Positions 50,363-60,100 of a DNA stretch of 64,000 nt are shown here, one piece after another. Source of the stretch: Verrucomicrobiota bacterium (GTDB taxonomy: Bacteria > Verrucomicrobiota > Verrucomicrobiia > Opitutales > Cerasicoccaceae). Under the pieces are notes generated by a model. It was given only the letters and a program-made list of their open reading frames with translations. It made no database searches and was not told the DNA's origin. The translations under genes were made by a program, and so were the position numbers. The DNA lies in assembly GCA_039818205.1 (NCBI GenBank), contig JBCBUK010000008.1, forward strand, positions 1 through 64,000, written 5' to 3'. Every line of letters begins with the position of its first letter. Position 1 is the stretch's first letter.

Positions 50363-51058
50363 CTAGAACAGTGCTCGCTCTCCGTAAAAGGCGCTTCCGA
50401 GTCGAACCACGGTGCTCCCCTCAACAATAGCCGATTCAAGATCCCCGGACATCCCCATCGATAGTTCGGGTAGCGCAGTCTGAAAGCGCTCCTGCAATCG
50501 ATCACGGGTTGTGCGGAGTCGTTCGAAGCAGCGCCGAGCAATGGTTGGATCATCGCTGAGTGGCGCAATCGTCATCAGGCCTTCGAGACGAATGTTGGTG
50601 AGATTGAGCGCTAGCTCAACAAGCGGATCGGCCGCCTCGCAGGTGGCACCGAATTTGGCTGGGTCTTCCCCCGCGTTGATCTGCAAGAGAATCCGCATGG
50701 TTTTGCTCTGCTGTTCGGCTGCTGCGTTGAGCCGGCGGATCAGCTTTTCGCTATCAACGGATTGAATCCGGCAAAAGTGTTTAACGGCATCCTTAGCCTT
50801 ATTTGATTGCAGATGGCCGATGAGCTCCCAATCGCACGGAACGGATTGGGGCATCTTGTCGATTGCTTCCTGCACACGGTTTTCTCCAACGGATCGGTAG
50901 CCAGCTTTTACGGCATATTCAATCGCGTCCGCCGGGTGAGTTTTCGTGACGGGCATCACCGTTACCATAGACCGATCGCGCCCTGCTTTCTCGCAAGCCA
51001 AGGCGACTCGGGCCTGAATCGATTCATGATTCTTAATAAAATCTTCGAATGAATTCAC
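50363..51058 (-). CDS. yggS: PLP homeostasis protein
   Basis: PVTKTH, GENRVQEA, IGHLQSNK, GLMT, LSMGMSGD, VRLGS. Confidence 0.95.
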   Translation of the reverse strand: MNSFEDFIKNHESIQARVALACEKAGRDRSMVTVMPVTKTHPADAIEYAVKAGYRSVGENRVQEAIDKMPQSVPCDWELIGHLQSNKAKDAVKHFCRIQSVDSEKLIRRLNAAAEQQSKTMRILLQINAGEDPAKFGATCEAADPLVELALNLTNIRLEGLMTIAPLSDDPTIARRCFERLRTTRDRLQERFQTALPELSMGMSGDLESAIVEGSTVVRLGSAFYGERALF

Positions 51059-51099
51059 GGTATAAAGATAAGTTTGTCTAACTTTTGCATTGAAAAAGC

Positions 51100-51129
51100 A
51101 TAAGATTCAATGATATAAGCTTAGATTAT
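51100..51129. promoter_or_regulatory. LysR-type T-N11-A boxes in the divergent yggS/LysR promoter
   Basis: ATAA-gcttaga-TTAT (51115-51129) overlaps the LysR ATG; second ATAA-gattcaa-TGAT at 51100-51114. Confidence 0.5.
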
Positions 51130-52024
51130 GCACATTGAAAACCTTAAAATTTTTTCCGATCTCGTTGAAAGTCAAAGCTTTTCAAAAGCAGCAAAACTGA
51201 ACGGAATCACCCAGTCTGCGGTGAGCCAACAGCTGCGCGCGATGGAGAAGCATTTCAATGCGCTGATTGTTGACCGTAGCCAAAAGCAGTTTCACCTGAC
51301 ACGCGAGGGGCAAAAGCTGTACGAATCGTCGAAAGAGTTGCTCCACCTTTATGAGAAGCTCATGAGCGAGCTTCAAGAGATGAAGAAGGTTATTAGTGGT
51401 ACGATTCATATCTCGACAATTTACTCGATTGGTCTGCATGAGCTTCCGCCCTACGTGAAAGAATTTTTGCAGGAGTTTCCAGATGTCAACGTAAGGGTGG
51501 AGTATCGCCGCGCAAATCTGGTTTATGAAGATATTTTGCACAACGCCGTCGACTTTGGATTGGTAGCCTATCCGAGCAAGATGCGCCAATTGGAGGTTAT
51601 CCCGTTCCAAGAGGACCAGTTGGTCGTGATCGTATCGCCGGGCCATCCATTGGCGGGTAAAAAAACGATTGATCTCAAAGAGCTGGAAGAGCACAAGTTC
51701 ATTGGCTTTGATCAAGATATTCCGACCCGTAAGGCCACTGATCAGATCTTCCGGGAGCTAAAACTGGACATCGATCCGGTTATGGAGTTCGACAATATTG
51801 AGACTGTAAAACGTGCGGTTGAGATCAACGCGGGAACCGCCATCGTTCCATCGACGACCGTGATTGAGGAAGTCAAAAAAGGCCTCCTCGCCTCCCTGCA
51901 GATTCGTGGTAAGAAGATTTCGCGTCCGTTGGCGATCGTCCACCGCAAAGGTCGTGTATTGACGCCCGCGATGAAGAAGTTCGTCAAGCTCCTGACAACT
52001 CGGGACCTGATCCACAAGGACTAA
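51128..52024 (+). CDS. LysR family transcriptional regulator
   Basis: SFSKAA..NGITQSAVSQQLR HTH; IETVKRAVE substrate-binding domain. Confidence 0.95.
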   Translation: MHIENLKIFSDLVESQSFSKAAKLNGITQSAVSQQLRAMEKHFNALIVDRSQKQFHLTREGQKLYESSKELLHLYEKLMSELQEMKKVISGTIHISTIYSIGLHELPPYVKEFLQEFPDVNVRVEYRRANLVYEDILHNAVDFGLVAYPSKMRQLEVIPFQEDQLVVIVSPGHPLAGKKTIDLKELEEHKFIGFDQDIPTRKATDQIFRELKLDIDPVMEFDNIETVKRAVEINAGTAIVPSTTVIEEVKKGLLASLQIRGKKISRPLAIVHRKGRVLTPAMKKFVKLLTTRDLIHKD

Positions 52025-52062
52025 TCGGGTGAGCTTGTCCGGGCGCTTTCCAGGCTCTCGTT

Positions 52063-52872
52063 CTAATCGATGACTCGCTCTTCAACAACGGTGTTGGAGA
52101 GCTTCCCAATTTTTTCGATTTCCACGGTGACCTCGTCTCCGGGCTTGAGCCACACGTATGGGTCGCGGGCCATGCCGACGCCGGGAGGAGTCCCAGTAAG
52201 GATCACGGTTCCCGCTGGTAAGGTCGTACTTGCGCTGAGGAACTCAATCAACTCGGCGACATTAAAAATCATGTTGTTGGTATTCGATTCCTGAAGTTGT
52301 TTACCATTGACCGTGGTTGTTAGCTCGAGGGCCCCCGGGTTGGCGATTTCATCAGCGGTTACAAGGACGGGACCTAACGGACAAAAGGTGTCGAAGGTTT
52401 TACCGCGGCTCCATTGTCCGCCCCCTCCGTGCTTCTGCCAATCACGAGCGCTTACATCGTTGGAACAGGTGTATCCGAGGACATAATCGAGTGCAAAGTC
52501 GCGTTTGACATTTTTGGCATCGCGACCGATGACGACGGCCAGCTCGCCTTCATAGTCAACTTTGTCGCTGTTCAGACGTCGCGGTAGTTCGATCGGTTGA
52601 CCGTGGGCGGTAACCGAGTTTATACCCTTCATGAAGAGGACAGGATGCTCAGGAGGTTGCTCACCTGTCTCTTTGATATGCTCTTGGTAGTTAAGGCCGA
52701 TGCAAAGAATGCCGGTGGGCTCAACGGGAGCCATCAGCTCGCCAGTGATAATTTCGTCGGTTGGTTGGGGTGAGCCGTAAATATCTCCAGTGATGGCGTG
52801 GTATTCACCAGGCTCAACTTCGACGCCCCAAACGGGATCATTGGACTCATTGCGCAAGCGAACGATTCTCAT
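52063..52872 (-). CDS. Fumarylacetoacetate hydrolase family protein
   Basis: CIGLNY..H, DYEGEL, NDVSARD, GKTFDTFCPLGP, LTGTPPGVG. Confidence 0.95.
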   Translation of the reverse strand: MRIVRLRNESNDPVWGVEVEPGEYHAITGDIYGSPQPTDEIITGELMAPVEPTGILCIGLNYQEHIKETGEQPPEHPVLFMKGINSVTAHGQPIELPRRLNSDKVDYEGELAVVIGRDAKNVKRDFALDYVLGYTCSNDVSARDWQKHGGGGQWSRGKTFDTFCPLGPVLVTADEIANPGALELTTTVNGKQLQESNTNNMIFNVAELIEFLSASTTLPAGTVILTGTPPGVGMARDPYVWLKPGDEVTVEIEKIGKLSNTVVEERVID

Positions 52873-52940
52873 ATCGTTCGAAGGTATATGGAGTATGCGT
52901 ATTAACGCAACTCCACATGACCTGATAATGCCTTATTCGC

Positions 52941-53351
52941 CTAGCTGGCCAGTGCTTGCTTAACGGCTGCCTTCATGTCGGCTACCGAGTCCTTAAGCGT
53001 AAGCACCTTGGTAACCTTGCCGGTTGAGGCGTCAACGATCAGCACCTTTCCGGTTCCATTGTATTGCCCGACAGCTTCGCGGATCTCCAGCGCGTCCGCC
53101 AAAAGAGACGACTGTTGAATTGTGCCGTCATTGGTGAAGTCTAGCTCAACAAAGAGCACTGGCTCCGACTGCAGCTGCGACACGAGGTCCGAAAGTGGCT
53201 GTTTGAGTGCTTGGCAGGATCCACACCAGTCCGCGTGGACTTTTACGATGTAAACCTCTGGGCTTTGGGACTTAGCCAGATCGACCTTGCCAGCGAACAG
53301 TTGGCCCGTGAGGGCAGCGACGAAAACAACAAAGATAGAAAAGGTTTTCAT
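52941..53351 (-). CDS. Exported thioredoxin-domain protein
   Basis: Signal peptide; HADWCGSC. Confidence 0.85.
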   Translation of the reverse strand: MKTFSIFVVFVAALTGQLFAGKVDLAKSQSPEVYIVKVHADWCGSCQALKQPLSDLVSQLQSEPVLFVELDFTNDGTIQQSSLLADALEIREAVGQYNGTGKVLIVDASTGKVTKVLTLKDSVADMKAAVKQALAS

Positions 53352-53392
53352 GTGGATTGGGTCGTCGAATCTTCCCAGCCCTTACAAAAAAA

Positions 53393-53986
53393 CTATTTCC
53401 CAATGAAGTGAGCCCACTCTGGTTCTGGCTCCTGCTCCTCAACAAGGCTAACAAATGGGCGCCACTTGGGACGCGCTGGTTTCTTCATCAAGCGCATTCC
53501 CGCTTGGTGCGGCATGCGATTCGCCTTCTGCGTATTGCAGCGAATACAGGAGGTCACGATATTCTCCCAGGTGGTGCGCCCGCCCTGATCGCGCGGGATT
53601 ACGTGATCTAGGTTCAATTCGCGTTCGTGATAACCGTGTCCGCAATACTGGCAGGTATGATCGTCGCGTTCGAAGACGTTTCTTCGATTAAATTTAACTT
53701 CCTTGCTGGGCACGCGGTCGTAGGCGCGGAGAAGCAGGACCGACGGAATGCGGATGCGCATCTTGACGGTATGTATGGTGTCATAATCCGACTCTGGAGG
53801 ATTGGTGAGAGAATAGTCTAACCACTGGGTGGCATCCAGCATCTGGAAATTGCCACTGGCAAAATCGAGCGCTTGCGCGTGATCTTGCATGAGGAGGGAA
53901 AAGGCACGGCGGACCCCGACTATGTTGACGGGCTGCCACAACCGGTTTAATACCAACACACGTTTCGACGGGAAGCTCTCAGACAT
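53393..53986 (-). CDS. HNH endonuclease
   Basis: VLVLN start, RD.HTCQYCG, LDHVIP...GG...WENIVTSCIRCN..K. Confidence 0.92.
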   Translation of the reverse strand: MSESFPSKRVLVLNRLWQPVNIVGVRRAFSLLMQDHAQALDFASGNFQMLDATQWLDYSLTNPPESDYDTIHTVKMRIRIPSVLLLRAYDRVPSKEVKFNRRNVFERDDHTCQYCGHGYHERELNLDHVIPRDQGGRTTWENIVTSCIRCNTQKANRMPHQAGMRLMKKPARPKWRPFVSLVEEQEPEPEWAHFIGK

Positions 53987-54094
53987 TGCTACGCATGAGT
54001 TATTCACAACGGTGAATAAGTCAAAGAGAAAGTCGCTCAGAGTGCATAAAATCGGCGTTTTTGCCCGTCTGGAACAGAAACTCTGAGTCCTCAA

Positions 54095-56446
54095 TTAGTG
54101 GTTGGTGAACCACCAAAGGAGAGCACAGATAATTATAGTCATCATGATCAACCACTTCCAGAATCGTCGCCTTTTGGTCCGCTTGTCTTCGGTCAGATAA
54201 CTGTAGTGGATTTTCCGGGCGTGCTTGTCGAAGTGCCCCACGTGAGTCAGGTCATGCGCCAGTTTGATATTCAAGCGCATTTGGCCGTTGATGGCCCACC
54301 CGGAGGCCTCGAGAATCATCCCAACGTCCCGGCGTCGGAGTTTGATAAACCCGATGAGCATCGAGGGGCCGATTACAAATAGCAGAACCAGCAAGGCCGT
54401 GTAGACAAAATAGATGTCGGGCAGGCTCCTTACCTGCTGGGCGATGTAAGCAAATGAGGAGGACAAAGCAGCGATTGCCACCCCACCCCCGGCAAGCATA
54501 CCGCCAAGCCCGATGCCCGCGTTGGATTTGCTGGCGGACTGGGACGAGAGGGATTCGGCCGGATTTCCGCTGACGTTCTTATCCAGTTTCGTGAGGCTAC
54601 CGGTAATCTGCTGTTCGAGGGCCTTCTGACGGGAAGAGGTAATCTTTTCGATTTGCCCGGTGATCAGCTCTCCGATGGCTTTGAATGGCGCCCAGGCAGC
54701 CTCGCTTAGGCTAATTGGGTTTACTACGACCTTGGCGACGCGTGCATCCCAGTCGAGTCCCTTGCGGTCGTAGAACACACCGTTTTTCCCGACGGACAAG
54801 CGCCCGGCGCTTCGGCTGGTAACGGCAGCACAGACCGTTATGGGTTTCGGTTTGTCGGAGCGCTTCGCTTCCAGATAAATTAGATAGATCCCGGACTTCT
54901 GTGCGATCGCGGAGTGGGCGTTGAGGTCTAGGACCTCGACACACATCCGGAGGGCGCAGCCGTCGATGATCAGAACTCCAGTTTGGAAAATGCCATCTTT
55001 GCGGGTGTCGTAAAACTCGGATAGGCTGATGGTATTGTTGACCAATCGGAACAAGTCGCGATGGAGGCGTAGGAGTTTCTCGACTTCCTCGATCGCTTTG
55101 ATTTCACCGGCCAATGCGGAGTCGAGCTGGATCAATGCGTGGATGGCTTCCTTTTCGGGTCCTCGTAGAATCGCCGCGATGCGCTCGGCGCCTAGGCTTT
55201 CGACTTCGGCGCCCTTCTTCGAACCAATCCAGGCCTCGTAGGCTTTGAAGAATTCTTTTACCCGGCTCCAGTCGCTTTCAGTAAGGAACTCTTTTTCCTC
55301 TCCGAGAACCGGGCGAAGCACCTGGGTTTCGAAAATCTTCACCGCGCTCAGATACACTGGATTAACGCCTTCTTCGAGCGGGAGATCGACTCCAACTGCC
55401 ACCCGTGCCAAGGGGAGCCCACTCATGACTTCCTGAATGGTTTTCTCATCGCGTTTACCCGCTTCGAGCAAATCACTCTCCCGGAAATTAAAGAAGCTGA
55501 CCGCAGCTGAATCGAAGACCGCTATTTTGCGTTGGACGAAAAACTCATCTATTTTTGACCGGAGCGCATTGAGTGCTCCGAAGGCAGCGGCGGTTTCGAC
55601 GCCCAGGGGAAATATGTCCTTGTTAAGATGAGACACCTTTGGCTCATTAACGACAACTGGACCCGCGCTTTCCACATCCGCTTCAGCTTTGACGTGTTCC
55701 TCAACGGCGTCTTCCAGCGAAATACTGGTATCCTCTTCAACAACTAGCGGTTCATCGACGGCCTGGATCTCTTGATTCTCGGGATAGCCTTCTGACCACC
55801 AGTTCAAGTAATCGTTTGCTGCGGTGTAAAACGCGTTCACTTTGTCGGCCGTTACCCCGGGTTTTCCGCTGAGGTCCGTCTCAGCCCCCATCGCGTTGAT
55901 GATGTCGCGAATCACTGCCTTGGTTTCGTCAGACTCGGCGGCTTCCTCCGGGATAATACCATCGCCATTGCTTTTGACTTTGGCGAAGATCCCCGTCCGA
56001 TCCATGGCATCCGCCAGGGTTATCCGCGAGTCGTTGGGACGCCCGAGGTTTTCGAGAATCCGGAGTGCGGATTGCTTGATGCGTTGTCCGGTCGCGCCGT
56101 TGTCATCGATTTGGTTTAGCTCAAGCCAGTCGCGTCCATCGACTATGCTCTCGTAATCAGCCAGCGCCTCAAAGAGCCAGCTGATGGCTCTCTTTAGCTC
56201 GGGTGGTCGAATCCGTCCATCTTGATCGGAGTCAATGAGACCCAAGGTTTTCTCATCGATGTCTAGCCCGCGAACTGGACAACTAGATGCAACCCAGAGG
56301 GTCTCGTCGAGATGATCGATTAGTCTCAAATCGTCCGCGGAATCAATACACATTTGGTTAAAGCCACCCGCTTTAAAAAAACGAGTCCGAGGAAGTGGTT
56401 TTGAATCCGCATTCGCACCTTTTGCCTGGGTCTTTTTATGCTTCAC
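54095..56446 (-). CDS. Uncharacterised protein with EF-hand-like loops and C-terminal TMs
   Basis: DSDQDGRIRPPE, SNGDGII, GKNGVFYDRKG.DWDA, LEASGWAING; GTG start. Confidence 0.85.
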   Translation of the reverse strand: MKHKKTQAKGANADSKPLPRTRFFKAGGFNQMCIDSADDLRLIDHLDETLWVASSCPVRGLDIDEKTLGLIDSDQDGRIRPPELKRAISWLFEALADYESIVDGRDWLELNQIDDNGATGQRIKQSALRILENLGRPNDSRITLADAMDRTGIFAKVKSNGDGIIPEEAAESDETKAVIRDIINAMGAETDLSGKPGVTADKVNAFYTAANDYLNWWSEGYPENQEIQAVDEPLVVEEDTSISLEDAVEEHVKAEADVESAGPVVVNEPKVSHLNKDIFPLGVETAAAFGALNALRSKIDEFFVQRKIAVFDSAAVSFFNFRESDLLEAGKRDEKTIQEVMSGLPLARVAVGVDLPLEEGVNPVYLSAVKIFETQVLRPVLGEEKEFLTESDWSRVKEFFKAYEAWIGSKKGAEVESLGAERIAAILRGPEKEAIHALIQLDSALAGEIKAIEEVEKLLRLHRDLFRLVNNTISLSEFYDTRKDGIFQTGVLIIDGCALRMCVEVLDLNAHSAIAQKSGIYLIYLEAKRSDKPKPITVCAAVTSRSAGRLSVGKNGVFYDRKGLDWDARVAKVVVNPISLSEAAWAPFKAIGELITGQIEKITSSRQKALEQQITGSLTKLDKNVSGNPAESLSSQSASKSNAGIGLGGMLAGGGVAIAALSSSFAYIAQQVRSLPDIYFVYTALLVLLFVIGPSMLIGFIKLRRRDVGMILEASGWAINGQMRLNIKLAHDLTHVGHFDKHARKIHYSYLTEDKRTKRRRFWKWLIMMTIIICALLWWFTNH

Positions 56447-56547
56447 GATGCCTAGGGTGTCATAAGGGCAAATTTTAACAAGTTTTTATACAACAATCGC
56501 TTAGCGATGATTGACAGAGAATTGCTTGTCTGAGAATACTTTCTACT

Positions 56548-57108
56548 GTGAAGAGAAACCGCCAGCAGACGGAAAAGCGAATTCTTACCGCCGCCATCTC
56601 CCTGATTTCTGAGGTTGGATTTCATACTTTCGGAGTCAATGCCGTCGCCGCCCGAGCGGGTGTTGATAAGGTTCTTATCTACCGTTATTTTTCGGGACTT
56701 GATGGATTGCTGGATTTTATCGGAAAAACGGAGGTTTTGTTCCCATCGGCGGCAACGGTTGCGAACTCCGACATCTGCCAATTTTTCAAAGATTACTGTG
56801 CGGCGGTTAGTAATAATCCGTTGACGCTACAGTTACATCACTGGGAGCGGGTCATTGAAAATCCGCTTACGCTTGCCTATCGAAAGCAACACGAAGTTTT
56901 CTGGGTTGATGTTACCGGGCTACTGCGTCCTCAAAATGAGGAGGCTCGAGCGATCTTAGATGCTTTGGCGGTCACCCGCGTGAATGGGATTTCATCTGAA
57001 AAGTATGCTCCGTTGGTCAAGCATACGCAGTTTGTGTCAGTCAGCCCGATGTCCGCTGCACCCGAGGTATTTGAATCAGAAGAGCGGCTTGCGGATAATC
57101 TACTCTAG
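56548..57108 (+). CDS. TetR family regulator
   Basis: RILTAA..LI.EVGF..FGVNAVAARAGVDKVLIYRYF. Confidence 0.9.
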   Translation: MKRNRQQTEKRILTAAISLISEVGFHTFGVNAVAARAGVDKVLIYRYFSGLDGLLDFIGKTEVLFPSAATVANSDICQFFKDYCAAVSNNPLTLQLHHWERVIENPLTLAYRKQHEVFWVDVTGLLRPQNEEARAILDALAVTRVNGISSEKYAPLVKHTQFVSVSPMSAAPEVFESEERLADNLL

Positions 57109-57182
57109 ACGGCCCTAGACTAGATAATTTTTGATTCGGTGGCTTGCGCTAATGACTGCTTTAGCGGATTCTATTCGCTTCC

Positions 57183-60100
57183 ATGTCGCATAGTGATCCA
57201 CAGACCATTCGCCTGCGTGGAGCCAGGCAAAACAATCTCAAAGATATCGATCTCGATCTTCCGCTCGGCAAGCTCATCGTTGTGACGGGGCTAAGCGGTG
57301 CGGGGAAAAGCTCCTTGGTATTTGATACCATTCATGCCGAGGGGCAGAGACGTTACGTCGAAACGTTTTCACCCTACACGCGACAATTTTTGGAGATGTT
57401 GGACCGGCCCAAGGTGGATTCGATCGAGAACATCCGACCGTCAATTGCGATTCGGCAGAGCAATTCGGTAAAGACCTCTCGCTCGACGGTTGGGACGATG
57501 ACCGAGCTGTGCGATTATTTCAAAATTTGGTTCAATCACGTTTGTCAGCTGGTAGACCCGGCAACTGGCGAGATTATCGAAGATGACAATCCTCAAACGA
57601 TTTGGCGTAAGGCTCTTAAGTCACGAAAGGATGAAGATGTCCTAGTGGCGTTCGAGGTCACACGTCCCGGAAAGCTGTCCTGGAAACAGATTTTGGACTC
57701 CTTGTCGGGCCAGGGGTTTACTCGGATCATCGTGGAAGGTGGATTGCAGCGCGTCTCGGAAATTGACACCGAAACTTTGCCCGACAAAGCATCGGTCTTT
57801 GTCGTGGTTGATAAGGTCAAAATGTCCTCTCGTTCGAGAACCCGTTTCATTGATGCTGCGACGACTGCCCTCCACTATGGGCAAGGAAAGCTTCGTGTCT
57901 TTAGCGTCGACGGAAAACAACTGCTAAGCTCCGAACCTTTTTCTGAAGGCCTGCATTCACCAGCTTCAGGTCGAGTATTTGCTCCATCGACGCCGAATCT
58001 GTTTTCATTCAACTCGCCGCTTGGCGCCTGCCCAAAGTGTCGCGGCTTTGGACGGGTAATTGAAATTGATGACCGCCTGGTGATTCCCGATGCATCGCTT
58101 TCCATCAAGGATGGTGCGATAAAGGCCTTCACCGGGAGCGTATATAGTCAGAGCCTGGAGGATTTGAAACGAGCGGCTAAGCGGTTTAGCATTCCAGTTG
58201 ATGTGCCTTGGCGCGAGCTTGGAGAATCGGACCGCGAGTTTGTATTTGAAGGCGAGCCGGACTACGTAGAAAGCGAAGATGAATACCCGTCTGGCTGGTA
58301 CGGCATTCGGCGCTTTTTCCGCTGGCTTGAGAACAATACCTACAAGATGCACGTCCGGGTATTTCTATCGCGCTTTCGTGCCTACACTGAGTGCCCCGAA
58401 TGTCACGGTTCGCGGCTGAAGCCGGATGCTCTCAACTGGCGTTGGCAGGGCCATACCTTACCCGATCTATACCGTTTGCCTATTGGTGAGCTCCATCAAT
58501 TAATTGCTGGCTCAGGCAAGTCGAAGGAATTGGAAGACAAACCCGCTCAGCTTGCGCTTGAAAACATCAAGACACGGCTAAGTTATCTGAACCAAGTTGG
58601 CCTAGAGTATCTGACCTTGAATCGGACTAGCCGGACCTTGTCTGGCGGTGAAGCACAGCGCGTAAATCTCACCTCATGCCTGGGGGCTTCGTTGGTCGAC
58701 ACGCTGTTCATTTTGGACGAGCCGAGTATCGGTTTGCATGCTCGAGACATTGATCGATTGGTTAACATTTTGCGGGGTCTTACGGATCAGGGGAACACCG
58801 TGGTTGTCGTGGAGCATGACGAGTCGGTCATGCGCGCGGCTGACTGGCTGATAGAAGTGGGCCCGGAGCCAGGGAACCGAGGCGGAAATATTGTTTTCTC
58901 GGGTCCAGCACACGACATCGCTGCGGAGCGCGAAAGCATTACCGGGCGCTACCTAACCGGCGATGAGACGATTGCGATTCCTCGAAAGCGGCGGTTGACA
59001 ACGGAGGACTCGGTCGGGTGGCTTACAATCGAAGGTGCTTCCAAGCACAATTTGGATGGCCTCGATGTTCGGATGCCATTGAGCCGCTTAGTCTGTTTGA
59101 CCGGTGTCTCGGGTTCCGGGAAGTCGACGCTCCTGAACAACGTTGTTTATCAGGGAATCTTGTCGACCCGGGGAAAGGCCGTTGAAGAGCCCGCGACAAT
59201 TCTTGCGCTTGAGGGGTACGAAGATATTGGGGAAATTGTGCTCGTTGACCAATCTGCGGTTAGCAAGACGCCTCGCTCGAATCCCGCGCTATTTGCTGAT
59301 GTTTGGGACCCCATACGCAACTTATTCGCAAGCACCGATGAGGCAAAACAGGCGGGCATGACGGCTTCTCATTTTTCGTTCAATGCGGGACAAGGCCGTT
59401 GTGAGCATTGTCAGGGGCTCGGCTACGAAAAGGTTGAGATGCAGTTTTTGTCCGATGTCTATGTGCCCTGCCCGGTTTGTGATGCAAAGCGTTTCAAGCC
59501 GGAGATCTTGGCGATTCAATGGAGTGGAAAGTCCGTTGACGAGGTCTTAGGTATGACCGTGGCTGAGGCTTGCGGTTTTTTCTCGAAACAACGGAAAATC
59601 GTCGGGCCGCTCGAAGCGCTAGATTCGGTTGGTCTTGGGTATTTGCCGCTTGGTCAACCATTGAACACCCTTTCCGGTGGTGAGTCGCAGCGCTTGAAGT
59701 TGGTGAAGTTCCTGAGCGGTTTCGATTCCGCGGAGACGGAACCGGCTTTGCTTCTGCTCGACGAACCCACCACTGGCTTACACCGGGATGATGTGAAACG
59801 CTTGATCGGCGTACTGCAACGCTTGGTCGACATCGGCCACAGCCTGGTGGTGATTGAGCACCAGCTTGATGTGATTCTCTGTGCTGATTGGCTAATTGAA
59901 ATGGGGCCCGGGGCCGGTGTTAAAGGCGGTAAAGTGGTCTTTAGTGGTGCTCCCGAGGCGGCAGCAAAGCGAAAAACAGAAACGGCTCCCTATCTAAAGG
60001 AGGCTTTTCACTTTGCGAAACAAAGCACTCGAAAGAAACGCCAAGCGCCCGCTCTCTTGCCCAAGCTTGAAGCAGCTGAAAAAGTGGTTCCGTTCCGCTC

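Noticed and set aside
50141..50464. Plus-strand ORF after the DHp miniprotein
   Set aside because: Overlaps the yggS 3' end by about 100 nt and has no motif; a shorter gene cannot be excluded.
53393..53986. HNH gene as a defence system or mobile element
   Set aside because: Common stand-alone HNH type with no methylase, ATPase, integrase or flanking repeats nearby.
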